From Paraspadella gotoi (taxonomy: Eukaryota > Animalia > Chaetognatha): DNA of 55,043 nucleotides. Of the stretch, positions 11,931 to 25,369 are shown piece after piece. Each line of letters opens with the position of its first letter. The first letter of the stretch is position 1. The stretch spans positions 5,389,850-5,444,892 of the forward strand of contig CM119271.1 in assembly GCA_051294375.1 (NCBI GenBank). The letters run 5' to 3'. The translations under genes and the position numbers were made by a program. The notes beneath the pieces were generated by a model. It saw nothing but the letters and a program-made list of their open reading frames with translations, had not been told where the DNA came from and ran no database searches.

Positions 11931-14900
11931 AGAAAAGAAGTTCTTCTTAATTGGATTCCCAGCTGTTGTTTCCCTCATATNNNNNNNNNNNNNNNNNNNN
12001 NNNNNNNNNNNNNNNNNNNNNNNNNNNNNNNNNNNNNNNNNNNNNNNNNNNNNNNNNNNNNNNNNNNNNNNNNNNNNNNNNNNNNNNNNNNNNNNNNNNN
12101 NNNNNNNNNNNNNNNNNNNNNNNNNNNNNNNNNNNNNNNNNNNNNNNNNNNNNNNNNNNNAAAAAAAAACAGAAAAGATGGACAGCGTGAATGCGGGATT
12201 GTTAAAGTTGTTTTTTTTATTATTATTTAAATAAATTATTTAAGCTATTTAAATTCATTAAAATTGCCCTTAATGAATTTACGAGAAAACAAAACTATGA
12301 AGAAAATTTGAACTTAGTTAAGTTAGAAAAAGGGCAGAAAGTTGCTGATTGCAGAANNNNNNNNNNNNNNNNNNNNNNNNNNNNNNNNNNNNNNNNNNNN
12401 NNNNNNNNNNNNNNNNNNNNNNNNNNNNNNNNNNNNNNNNNNNNNNNNNNNNNNNNNNNNNNNNNNNNNNNNNNNNNNNNNNNNNNNNNNNNNNNNNNNN
12501 NNNNNNNNNNNNNNNNNNNNNNNNNNNNNNNNNNNNNNNNNNNNNNNNNNNNNCGAGTTAATAAAATATTTAAAGAATTAAAAAAAGAAAAAAGACATTT
12601 CGTCTCGTCTCTTCGCCGACAAAGCCCACGACGAATGAAGAAGACGACGACGACAACGACGACGACGTCGACGACGACGAATCCGATCACCAAAAAAAAA
12701 AAAAAAAACAAAGAAGGGGACGAGTCACCACACGATCTGCTCCGTCGCACGTCGTCGGCAGTCGGCAATCGGACTTTGTCGCTATTCGGTGATCAAAGGA
12801 AAACAATAAACAACAACGAAATGAAGAAAAAGAGAAATTATAAGAAGTTAATTAACGAGGATTTAACTGGATAGATTTTCTTTTAGTTATTGATTATAGA
12901 AAACTAGAAGTAAATAATATGGTTCATTGCCATTCAAACATATCTGCACGTTTTTGGTTCGGAACTTTGGATGACATTGTTCTGGATAATCATTAATTCT
13001 AAAAGCATATCTTCTCTATTTGGTTTCATTTATTCTCATACATCTCTATATTTGGTTTATTTTCTCCCTGTCAATCCTGACCAATTTCTCTTTTCTCTCA
13101 CCCGTCTCTCTCTCTGTTCTTACAATTCATCTTTCCTCCCAAATGTTCTAAGGTGGTGGTCGGCTCTCTCTCCTTCTCCGAAAAGGAGAGGGCAAAACTG
13201 TTTTTTTTTCTCCTCCGCCTCTCTCTCTCCGGGCCTCTATCAACTTATCTCTGGGTTCCCTCTGGGCGTGACACATACAAATAAAACCTAACCTCACAAA
13301 TGACGACAGATTAATCTCTCGCATCCCATCACCTGCCGCTTGAACTCATCGGCTCAACGGGCATTCGTGCCGCACTCATTCGTCTCTGTGTCGTCTCGGG
13401 TGCATTCATACTGCTGCATCTAAGGGGTTATACATCGTCAATTACATTCGTTTCTCTCTCTCTCATCTCTCTGCCGCCTCTCTCAGTCAAGGGGCGTCAA
13501 CGGGTTCAATAGATCAAATGGGTTCTATTTTTCCAATACTGTTCCCCAAGGGGGAATGTTGCATATTCCCGCGGGTCAGATTAGATTGTCCTCAGGGATT
13601 GCGGTCAATCTCCTGGCTGGCTGGATTTGTTTCTCTTTTTTTTTAACCAATTTTTTTCCCCTATTTTCTCTCACTTTTGATCATTTGTTGGCGATGGAGT
13701 TAAAAACCCTGTTTTTTTTTAGTCGTTGCGCGGAGAGAGATGGATCGAGATCGAAAGATAGAGAGTTGGGAGAGGGAGATGGAGAGAGAGTGGAGAGAGA
13801 TCGGGAGAGGGAGTTGATAATGAAAGCGTTTCCATTTGTCATTTGGTCGGACGAGGAAAGTGACGGTCGGATGTGTTCGAGGATTTTAAATGTTAAAACA
13901 ATTTTAGGTATTAAGAATATATTTTTATTTTATTTTAAATTTTAAATTCATTTAGGGAGAAAGATAGTGTTGTCCTCTTGAAATACAGGGCGCATCTATG
14001 GATCACGGGGTTTAAATATTCGTTATAGGTTTTTACATCGTACTTATAATTTTGAGATTTCAAAATGAATAGAAAATGTTTTTTTCTTTCTTCATTTTTT
14101 GAACCAAGTTTTTACAATTTGTTTTTACGTTTGTTAATCCAATTTGATTTGTGAGCTGTGAAGTGAAATAATTCTAGGACGGTCGACAACACTTCAAAGA
14201 ATCGGCCTTGTCAAAACCCCAACCTCTCTAGTGGTTGATGGATAAAACAAAGAGAGAAGTGAATTATAAATAATAAATATTTCAATAAGGAAAAGAACGA
14301 AAAGATATCTTCTGTCTTTTATAGAATATATATTTCTCATTGCTCATTACTTAAAAAACTGTAACTAAACAATCATATTGTAATAAAAAATGTTGAAATT
14401 TCGTGTAGAAAATATTTAAAAGTGATATTACCAACACATAACCATTACCATTTACCATTACCGAACCCAGACAGATCAAGAATGAAGGCTTTCCAGAATT
14501 CTCAACGTTAGCTATACTTTAGAAAAAAAAAAATATAAGATTTCTATGTAAAAAAGTGTAAAAAAAAATTAGCGCGAGTGGGTTAGAAAAAAAAGAGAGA
14601 GATGAGAGCAGAAGTAAGCAGAAAGAGATGAGAGATGAGAAGTGAGAAGATGAATGAGAGAGAGCAGAGAGAGAAAAAAGAAGAAAAATGTTGTTGCGCG
14701 TTATTGAGAACATCTTTTTAAATGGTAAAAGCTTAAAAACGTCGACGCCGTCGCAAGTCCGCCCGGAAATATCCACAAGTTTCTTTGCCTTTTGCTCTCT
14801 TCGTTTTCTCCGATCTTGAGGGTTTAGGCACGTAGAAGCTAAAGTCATTTTACTCATGATTCAGGGACTGACTTCATGCGGGAACACTAGGCGGTCAAAA

Positions 14901-15030
14901 AGGGTGGGAGAGGCCGGAGATGGGGGGGGGGGAAAGGTAGAGGGAATGACGTGGTGGCGAGGGGTTTTTCTTTTTTTTTTTCTTCCCGACTCGTTTTTGC
15001 CTCGACTTCGCTTTTCCCGCCTCCTTTGAT

Positions 15031-15373
15031 TTTTTTATTTGCGCCGCGAATACTCGCGGAGCCACTCAATAAGTCACTTTTTCGGTCGGTCTGTCGGTCG
15101 GTATGCCTGTCCGTCGGTCTGTTCCACTTAGGTTGAAAACGCTTATAACTTGCCTATAGCTCATTGCTCATTTGTTAAAGCAGGAAAAAAAAACCTCAAA
15201 TCTAAGCGACTACTAGCGCCGGCTTTTGTTTTTAAAGAAATCTTATAAACTCTAAGAAATAAAAGACGTGATTCCGATGCAGAACGTGTCGCATAAACAC
15301 GGAAATACAAGGGATAAGAAAGTAAAAATAAAAGTAAAGCGGCGCAACAACTTGGAATAACCGTTCCTTGTTT
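15031..15373 (+). mobile_element. DINE-1/Helentron-associated (HINE-like) element, family A, apparently full length
   Basis: T-run, then 5' subTIR TTGCGCCGC (15039) inside hairpin CCGCGAATACTCGCGG, a (GTCG/GTCT/GTCC)n microsatellite, 3' subTIR GCGGCGCAA (15339), short hairpin GGAATAACCGTTCC and TTGTTT. Related pieces at ~19040-19098(-), ~22905-23035, ~38020-38460 and ~41550-41945. Confidence 0.65.
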
Positions 15374-15562
15374 CCACTCATTTCGAGTTTTTTTTTATTT
15401 CCAATTTTGAGGACTTTTCTCCTTTGTTTCCCATTTTTTTGGCTCTGCTTTGTATTTATTGTTTTTTCTTTGACTTATTAATTTATTATATATTTTTACT
15501 TTTTTCCTTTGCAACTTTATCAATCTTTTTATCCGACATTTCGTTTGACATTTTTTGAACTT

Positions 15563-15612
<50 letters not shown>

Positions 15613-15631
15613 ACTTTATTTATTTATTCAT

Positions 15632-15731
<100 letters not shown>

Positions 15732-16912
15732 TTTCTTTTTTCCTTCATTTTTAAAAAAAATGTTTAGTTCCTTCTTTCCTTTCTCTTCCTTCCTTTTCTT
15801 TTTTCTTTTCCTTCCCCACAACTCTTTCAATTTTAACGAAATTCAGTTCATTCTCGTTATCATAATTTCGTCAACGTTTATTTTTTGTTGCCGACCTCGT
15901 TTTTCCAACCCTTCTCTCTTTTTTTTTCCATATTTTTTTTTCTTCTTTTGTTTTTTTTTTTCTTTTTCTTGCTATATTTTCTAGGCTTTTTTTGGTAGTA
16001 AATGTCTCTTTGCTTTACTTCTTTGCAACAAAGCAAATGATTTTGATAATAATTTTGATAATAATTTTGATAATAATTTTGTAATAAGACAATGTTATTA
16101 AGTATAAGGTCAGAATCGAATCATCTGTCATCCACATTTGTCAGTGACAGTATACAAAAATGTTTTATCATATAATAATTCACTTACTGGTATCAGTGAA
16201 AGGTGACCCCCAAAAAACCATTAACCTTCCACATTGTCTTTGGTTTCCTTTCTGCTCCGATGTCTCCGTTGTTTTCTTACCATTTCGGGGCAAGAATAAC
16301 AAAGGCAGTGACTGGAAAACAAACGGAACCAAATTAACATACTTTTTTTTTTGCTTGAAAGAAAATCAAAAAATGAAATATTTCTGCGGGCTGTTTAAGT
16401 TAAATGAATGGGGTGATGTTTAAACAATATCTAGTATCTATAATCTTTGAAGAAAAATAAATCCCGCAAAAAATATATAAAAATAACTTTAACATTTAAA
16501 TCTCAGGCTTTGGCTCCGTTAGAATAATTCATGCAGCCACATTTAATATTTCCAGGATATTGATCCTGACATTGAGAATCAGAGAGAGAGAGAGAGAGAG
16601 AAAAATAATTGTGAAAAAGAATCCATAAATCTTAAAGAAGAAAACTAATGAATTCTGAATACTATAAAAAAAATAGTATTAGCTTTGTATTCTTTGTATA
16701 TACTATACCAATATTTTTCGATTTTTTGAAAACTCTTAATGCGGCAAATTAATGCGCATATTGCGCATATTTTAGACCTGAAAAGCGCATAACGAGGGTC
16801 GGGCCGAGCCCAGCCGGGCTGTGCTATAGAGACATCTGGAGCAAAGTGGCTGAACCATTGTCTTTCATTGACACTTTTTATGACGAGGCGTCGCTGACTG
16901 AATCACAAGGAT

Positions 16913-16981
<69 letters not shown>

Positions 16982-17344
16982 AGAGAGAGAGTGTTAAGGG
17001 GCTCGTCACTTGTCATTGACCGCAAAGAATGTAATCAAGAAAAAAATCAATTGAACGATGAAGAAAGGAAAGAGGAGGAGGAAGAGGAGGAGGAAGATGA
17101 GGAAAAAGATGAGGAAGAAGAGAAGGAGGAGGTGTAGGAAGTAGAGGAAAGTAGAGGAAAGAGAGAGAAGGAAAAGAAGAAATGTCTAGAAATGATAAGC
17201 GGAGTTAAATGAAGAGTGGTCGCGGAGTACGAGCGGAATGACAATTTTTGGAGGAAAAAGAAAAGGGAGGAGAGAAAGAAAATGGAGGGATAGGAAAAAA
17301 AAAGAAAAAAAGAGTTAAAAATAAGAAGAGTATATAACTCGGGA

Positions 17345-17493
17345 TTAATTTTTTGGAAGACGAAAATGACCAGGGAGGAAAATTAATTAATTAATTAATT
17401 AATTAATTTTTGGAAGACGAAAATGACCAGGGAGGAAAATTAATTAATTAATTAATTTTTTGGAAGACGAAAATGACCAGGGAGGAAAATTAA
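17345..17493. repeat. Three tandem copies of TTTTTGGAAGACGAAAATGACCAGGGAGGAAAATTAA separated by (TAAT)n
   Basis: Identical cores seen directly; spacers are variable-length TAAT runs. Confidence 0.9.
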
Positions 17494-17779
17494 ACTTTTT
17501 TTTGTATCGTTTGTGTTATTTAGATTTTCGTATTCACTAATGATCGACAATGTCCAATAATACCATTTGGCTTTGTTGTTTCTTTTTTTAATTTTATGGA
17601 ACAAACTAAAGTAGTTCTTTTTTTTAAAGGGAAGATGAAGCTTTATTTTTTTTTTACTTATCTAATAAAAAGTTAAAAAAATCATTTTATTTGATTATTT
17701 TTTTTTAAAAAATCAGCAGACGAGGCAAACGAAGGCGTCATATCGTGAGCGTCTCAGACACCAATTTAAATCGAAAAAC

Positions 17780-17815
<36 letters not shown>

Positions 17816-18010
17816 AAGGGAAGGCGACTCGAGACGCAGCTGCCGCTGACCCCTGTCTCACATCGGAGCATTTTAAGTGGAGGTTTTTCGATATTCCCAC
17901 TTTACCTTCTTTGCTCTTTCCAATTTCCTGAGAGGAAGAGAGTGAGAGGGAGACAGCCCACTGCTGAAAGGGAGAGACGGAGAGAGGAATATGGGGTTTT
18001 TGGTTTAAGA

Positions 18011-18046
<36 letters not shown>

Positions 18047-18091
18047 CAATTACGTTTTTCTCGCTCTCCACTGACCTTTTCCAAAGCCTTT

Positions 18092-18555
18092 TTCGTCAAC
18101 TTCCTCCTCCACTTCTTCCTCTTCCTCCTCTCCTCTTCCCCTTTGTCATCCTCCCCTTATTCCCCTTCCTCCTCTTCCTCCCCCCTTCCTCCCCTCCTCT
18201 TCCCCTTTGTCATCCTCCCCTTTTTCCCTTTCCTCCTCCACTTCTTCCTCTTCCTTCTCCCTTTCCTCCTCTCCTCTTCCCCTTTGTCCTCCTCCCCTTA
18301 TTCTCCTTCTTCTTTTTCCTCCCCCCCTCTTCTTCTTCCCCTTTGTTCTTCTACCCTCTTCCTCCTCCTCCTCCTCCTCTTCCTCATTCTTTCTCCTCTT
18401 CCTATTTGTCCTCCTACCCTCTTCCTCCTCCTCTTCTCCTTCCTCCTCCCTTCTCCTCTTCCTCTTCCCCTTTGTCCTCCTACCCTCTTCCTCCTCTTCC
18501 TCCTCCCTTCTCCTCTTCCTCTTCCCCTTTGTTCTCCTACCCTCTTCCTCCTCCC
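18092..18555. repeat. Polypyrimidine minisatellite (CCTCTTCCCCTTTGTCCTCCTACCCTCTT-like units)
   Basis: Near-pure C/T tract with a repeating CCCCTTTGT anchor; explains the spurious ORFs at 17942-18693. Confidence 0.85.
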
Positions 18556-20738
18556 CGACTTTTCTTATATACATCGGCCTCGCCGTTTCAAGAGGCGAGA
18601 CCTTTTTATATCGAGCTACCGTCGGCGCGACCTTTTTTTAATGTCGCGGGATATAAGTTGGGCACGGACTGGGTAGGGATTCTAACTCGGTAAGTGCCGC
18701 CCTGAGGAAAATGGGTCCTAAGCCCCAGAAGGGAAAACCAATAAAAATCGTAGTCTAGAGGTTTAAACCCGAAATTTAAAAAAAAAAAAGTGAAAGGCCT
18801 TAAAACCTGAAAAATAATTCGCGAGAAAATAAGGATCGACGTTTGACCGGGAAAATTCAAAGCGAAATCTTTCAAAATGGCGGTAAAAACTAGAAACAAA
18901 GAAGGGGGTAATTGGATTGATCATTTATTTACATTCCAACCCTCACTTGACACCTTATTTGCATATTATTTTATTTTAATTTTTGATTACTTAAACCTCT
19001 TTGTTAATTAAATATTCCCAGTATAAGTGAAGTCAATTACCGATGGGCAGACTGACCGACCGATACAATATTAAAGTGGACTCGCGGCGCAACTAAAAAG
19101 AAAAACCAGTAAAGGCAGAAACAAAAAAAACCCTTTTAATAAATGACATTGACGAAAACAACGACGACGACGACTACGACGACGACGACACCGCAGCTGC
19201 GGATGAGGCAAACCATTTTGAGGCCAACTTATTGCCAAAGCTTTGAAGTTGATCGCTCGTCTCTCGATCAAGAAAGCTAATTTTTTTATTAATATTGAGG
19301 AAAAACTTATCTATCGCATTGGTGGCTTAATTTTCCTAAGTTCTGACAGTTTATCTTTGTCTAATTGTTATTTAGGGTCGCAATATTGGGAAAATATTAA
19401 ATAGCCAAAGATACGATCCCTTCAGCCGATTAAATTCCCCAATCAAAAGCCTCCTTTAATTGAGTTAATTATCTTTAAATTTACAGGGTAGAGAATCAAA
19501 ACTTTGAAAATCTGTATCACTTCATCATCGTTTTATTTTGTGACGCATCGCATGCGTTACAATAAAAAGTTTGAATTGAAGGTTCTTAACCAGACCTTGT
19601 TCTAACTATTCATGCAATGCGAGAAGTACAGTTGCAAAAATGCTTCTGAAAGATAAAGTCATAGCTTAGAGACGGTTTAACCTGGGCCATCTATATTTTG
19701 GTTAAAACGCCCGACTAAGCACAGTTATGTACGTTTCTTTAAAAAGTAAAAAAACAAAAGTACCTTTCTTGTACACTTGTTTGTAAAAAAAATCTTGACC
19801 TTTTAGCGACGTGGTGCGTATTCGATTGCAATGACAACTCTCTCTCTCCCCTTTCCCTCTCTATCCCTCTGCCTCTTCCGTTTTATGAAAGGCTCGCATC
19901 CTCAGAGACATTCCCTCTTCATGAATAATTGATCCTCGCCTCAAGATTTTTCCTCCTCTGATTTTTCTTCATCTTTTCCTTTTATCTTTTTTTTTTTCCT
20001 TTTCATCGACTTCAATCTCCATCATACCTTCGCTCCTCGACTCCTTTATTTTTTTTTTCTTTCTTTTCCTTTATTCTTTCGGTTCTTTCCACTCACCTTC
20101 CGCCGTCAAACCTCTTTTTCTTTTCCCCTTTTTCCCCCACAGACTAAAACTCTCTTCACTTTTCTTTCCTTCAACCTTTCCCGTCGCCACCTCCCTTCGA
20201 TCGTTCCCGCTTTTCCTCCTCTTTCCTTTCTTCCTCCCTTTCCTTTCCTCCCCACGACCTTTCCTCCCTCCTTCCCTCCTTTTCCCCCGACGCGGTTTAT
20301 TGTCCTCTTGATTTCCCGCGTCTTTTCGCGAAAGACGAAGACGAAAGGCGATCGTCACCTCCGCATGAATCCATTTGCGAGCGAAGAGGGAGAGCGAGAG
20401 GAAAGGAGAGGGAGAGCGAGAGGAAAGGAGAGGGAGAGCGAGAGCGAGAGGGAGACGAGAAGGAAAGAGAAGGCGGTTCCCCTTGATAGACTCGGAGTCA
20501 CTCGAATCGCTTGTTCGGTTGTCGTAGTAGTCGTTCACAGTTGTCTTCTTGGCCAACTTAGTTTTGTATTTGTTATAATTAGTATTACGTATGTTTTTTT
20601 CTTAGTATGGAATTCTTTTCCCTTTTAAATATAAAGTCCTCGTTGGGTGGAGATCTCGTGCCGTTTTTAAAAGTGATTTCAAAAAGTCTGTCTTTGCCAT
20701 TTCAATTTTGATAACTCCAACGTGACAAAAAAATTCCT

Positions 20739-20820
<82 letters not shown>

Positions 20821-21490
20821 CTCTTCTCTCTCTCTCCGCAATAACCCCAGTGCGGAATCGTGTCGAGTTTAAATCACCGTTTATTCCTTTTGTTGATTGT
20901 TTATTTTCAAATTCATGGCTCTTTTGTTTATTTACAACTTGTCCCGAACCTCGTTTAAAATTTACACTCTAGCGACGAAACGGGAAATGAGAAAGAGGAA
21001 GAAAGAGGAGAGGAGACTGGAGACTCTGGATTTTTTCTACATTTTTTTCTTGTTCTAAGAAGTAAAATGATTCTCGCTCGGTGACGGGACTCTTCTTACC
21101 ATATATATATTTTTTTTTAATAATTCAGGTAGTACTTCTCATAAAACTTTATTTTTATCACTTTTTTCATGATAATTTCTATAGTTAGTTTTATAAATAT
21201 TAAAATAAAATCCCCTGATTATGCTTGTTTTCATTTATCAATTTATATTTTTTTGCAACAGTAGGTTAATTTGACATTAGTGACAAATTATACAATAAAA
21301 CCTCTCCTACCAAAGCTTCATTCTTAAAATCATCCACATTCCATCTTCTTTCCCCGCGATGACGACTAACTGCCTCAAATCGACCCCCAGTTTTTCCTGA
21401 CCCACCTTTTTCTTTAGCCTTTTTTTTTTTACTTTTCCATTTTAGAAGAAAAAAAAAATTCTCGCGCGCGCAAAAATTCCATTAATCTAA

Positions 21491-21742
21491 GACGCACGGG
21501 CGATTGCTGTCTTTAGTCCGTACCGAATAAACGTACGCTAAACTCAGCGGGTCTGAAAAAATACACGTACTTACAATTATGGGGTCGGACACACCGGACA
21601 CGCAGTCCGACTAAACACCCGTTTCACTGCAGAACAGACGGAGCTAACAGTTGATTGAGCTCTCAGACTTTTTTTAAATCACTTTTTCATTTTGCCCCAA
21701 CGTCTAATCGCATGTCGGACCGAAAAGTAAAGCCCGTGCGCC
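21491..21742. mobile_element. Diverged MITE with ~30-bp imperfect TIRs
   Basis: The 5' end GACGCACGGGC...TTTAGTCCG is the inverted counterpart of the 3' end CGGACCGAAAAGTAAAGCCCGTGCGCC. Confidence 0.45.
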
Positions 21743-21904
21743 GGTCCCTCTACTTATCTTTTCAGCTCACACTCCATCCTTGAGTTACTTCTCGGCGACG
21801 ACAGAGAGCGAGAGGAAAGTTGATATTCAACCCCTCGACTAAATTCTAATAAACGTCAAAGGTGAAATTCCCGCCATTTTTCATAGACTTTTTCGGTGGG
21901 AAGC

Positions 21905-21988
<84 letters not shown>

Positions 21989-22064
21989 GATGAGGTAGCT
22001 TTTTAGTGCTGTTTATAGAGGCTTTTCTGATTTTATTTTAACAGTTAATGACTCATTCGATATA

Positions 22065-22854
22065 CAGTGTGTCCCAATGGTACTGTCTGTTAAGAAAAGC
22101 TTACCGCTCCTATACCAGATCGAAAAACTTCATTATAATGAATATACGCACAAGTATGGACCATTTAATAAGATACCTAAATTTTTAAAAATGAACATAA
22201 AGCAATTGGTAAAAAACTTTTTTAGTGATTTTTTAAACAAAATTCTTAAATTATATATTTTTTAATATTTATCAAATATTTTTTATAATATTGATAAAAT
22301 AATATTTTAAATATTTTCTTTAGATGCAGCACAGTAAGAAACTACCTCATTTTTTTAGCTCCAGAGCTTTCATAATGTAGTAATAATTATTTTTAAAATT
22401 ATCTACTTACTTTTTGAATTGATTTAATAATAAATTATTGAATAAAAAACAACCATTTTGTTCTGGCTTAATAATTCAATCGCTCACAATTTCAAATAAT
22501 AAAATATAAATATCAAATTAATTGGCATATTTTTATCAATTCTTACATTTTTTACATTTTTATTAATGCATTTATTTTATACAAATTAAAATTTTAATAA
22601 TTTATATCTATTTAAAATATTTTTATATAATTTTTTTAATAAAATTTATTTTAAAATAAAAAAAATATCTAAAAATCAAAAAAGTGAGAAATGAGGACTC
22701 ATTTAAATTGAATGTTTTGCAAACAAAAATTGATAAAAAGTGAATTCAAAATATAGTATCATAAATGGTAAGAACTTATCTCAGAAATAACATTTAATAA
22801 CACAGTTCCGAACAATATGTAAAAGTTAACCGACAGTACTATTGGGACACACTG
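22065..22854. mobile_element. Tc1/mariner-type MITE (790 bp)
   Basis: 29-bp TIRs CAGTGTGTCCCAATGGTACTGTCTGTTAA / TTAACCGACAGTACTATTGGGACACACTG (2 mismatches), flanked by TA on both sides. AT-rich interior with no transposase. Confidence 0.88.
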
Positions 22855-23944
22855 TATATATATATTCATGTTAATTAATTTATCAATCGAATTTTGATGC
22901 AGTGCATGTCATAAATTCGCGGGCAAAAAAAGTTTTTAATCAGGTCATGTCATGTCATGTCATATCATATGATCATAAATGTGAAAATAAAGTCACGGCG
23001 GCGCAACACATTGGAATTACCGTTCTTGGTTTTATATTGCGAGCTACAAAATTTAATAAACAATTACACAAATTGGAGTATTATTTAGAGTTCTACACGT
23101 TGATGCTCATTAAAATCTTTCGAAATTTACGAAAGCTAACAGTTAAACCTTTACTATTGTTTTACCTTGATTATTATAATTATAATTAATATTTACGAGC
23201 CTCCAGATAATACTAGGAGTGAGTATAAAGACGACATTTTCAAACGTTTTTCCCTTCGAATAGAAAACGGATGACATTCTTTCTCGTACTTTTAAAACTG
23301 GGTAAAATTATGTCAACGCCAATGACGACGACAACTAATACAACAATGACAACGTTGTCCAAAATCGCTGTACGAGTTCCCAAGATTTTTTTTATCATTT
23401 TCCTCTCGGTGACGACGAAGAGTGTAATGATTTCGATCAAAGAATTCAGGAAAAAAAGCACTTTTTTTCCAATATTGCTTGATTATTACGTACGAAATTG
23501 ATTGAATTCGAACCCAAACACAAACTGGGCTGGAACACTGATTGATTGAAACCATTTCCCGCATTTTCTAATCAAGAATCAGTATCATTTTTGTAACTTT
23601 TAATTAAAAAAATTGTGTCCAATTTTTGTCCATTTTGACTTTTGTCTTGAGATTTAAACGCCAAGATCCTTTTTATATTCCTTACCTCTGAGACAGTTCA
23701 TATTCAATTGAAAATCTATTATTTGCCTTAAAATGAATTTTTAAATTTACTAGTCAAAAACTCACATTTTTTAGTTTTTATTAGAAAAGTTTGAAATTGA
23801 ATTCAACAAAGAGTATTGAATTTTTTGTCCTAATTTTTCAGGTGTTGAAAGATCAGTTGAAATTTGAAAAGAAATATTTGCCTAGAATTGTTAGTAAATC
23901 AAACAATTTTTGTTTAACAAATTAAGAATTGTTTATTTATGTGC

Positions 23945-24210
23945 CAATACAACGACTTTTCAAATGCGTCAATTGTAAAAACAATGTCGGCAAAAAAATA
24001 AAAAGAAACTCGGATACGATCTAAAAGTTCGTGAAGCTTTGGAAATTCGTCGGCACAGCAGCGGACCAGGCGAAGACTGGGGCGAAGACTGGGGCGCGTA
24101 CGTCAAAACGGACGCTTGGAACTCAGTTTTCCATGAGCTGGACAAGTGACGGGGGGCAACCCTTTCTTGGATTTTTGATCATTTGGTCAATTTGACTTTT
24201 GAATTACACA

Positions 24211-24298
<88 letters not shown>

Positions 24299-24440
24299 TT
24301 CTTAATGGTTAACCTTTCTTTTATTTTTTGATATTTATTACCTTTTCTTGTTTTGTCTCTTTCAGCCACTGATGATGACTTAGAAATTAAGTCGAAATAT
24401 ATGGCAAAAATTTTTAAAAAATTTTGTTTATTATGCACTG
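23945..24440 (+). mobile_element. 5'-truncated Penelope-like retroelement remnant (GIY-YIG endonuclease C-terminus plus pseudo-LTR)
   Basis: 23954-24149 translates, with one frameshift in an A-run, to DFSNASIVKTMSAK/NKKKLGYDLKVREALEIRRHSSGPGEDWGEDWGAYVKTDAWNSVFHELDK*. This fits the DF.N..I...K.REALEI...D.G...W pattern of PLE endonucleases. A hammerhead motif follows ~215 bp downstream. Confidence 0.8.
24365..24405 (+). ncRNA. Minimal type I hammerhead ribozyme (PLE-associated)
   Basis: GCCA-CTGATGA-T-GACTTA(GAAAT)TAAGTC-GAA-ATAT-A-TGGC: intact core, 6-bp stem II, stem I GCCA/TGGC, palindromic ATAT stem III. Predicted cleavage after A24401. Confidence 0.8.
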
Positions 24441-25248
24441 TCTCTCTATAGTGAAAATAAGTATTTAATTAAATATTCTACCTAATTTTTTTTTCTTAAA
24501 ATATATTTTAAAGATTTTTATGCATCCAGTATGATATTAATACGAAAGATGATTGAGAATGAGAAAAAGATAAGAGAAGAGAGAGCATAGGTGAAAAAAT
24601 AGGGGCAGGAAGAGGGAGAAAGAGTGAAAAGAAATTAATATATGGGGATTGGGGAAAATTGGGAGAACGAGAACGATTAAGAGAGAGAATCAGAGAGGGA
24701 GAGAAAAGCAGAGATAGAGAGGAAGAGAAATAAAGGTAAAGGAAAAGAAATATGAGGGCCGAAAAGTCGGAGAAAGGGAGAGAAAGATAGCTCTCTAGAG
24801 AAAAAGAGAGGGACTGAGAGAAGGTTCAAAAGAAAAAAACATAGTGGAAAAAATTTGAAAAAGTTTTATAATATAGAGTGCCTTTCTTTGCCTAAGCAGT
24901 AGTATATCTAAAAAACGTCATAAATCTGACGAGAAATTTAATCTTTAAAAGTTACTCTTACCACAAAAAATTGTTTTGGTTTCATCCTAATTAGGGCTGA
25001 TACCTTAATTAGAATGATTCTCATAAAAGAAATCATGTCATACCGTATTTTGAAAGCTTAGAAATTCACCCAGTGAGTTCTATGTTATAAGGAGAAGATA
25101 AATATAGCCAAACGGTTTTTTAAATGAAGAATTTTTCATATTTATTCATGAGAACAAAAGAAATAATAATTGATTAAGTTCCAATTTCATTATTGAAAAT
25201 ACCCGAATGAAAATCACTGCCGAAGAAAGATTACGAAGAAAAAAATCA

Positions 25249-25369
<121 letters not shown>

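Noticed and set aside
309-12874. Long ORF-track entries containing X runs
   Set aside because: They are open only because N gaps contain no stops.
17345-17493. CRISPR-like repeat-spacer appearance
   Set aside because: Spacers are only (TAAT)n, the context is eukaryotic and there are no cas genes.
21987-22010. CTGATGA motifs here and at ~32729
   Set aside because: No stem II followed by GAAA, so not hammerheads.
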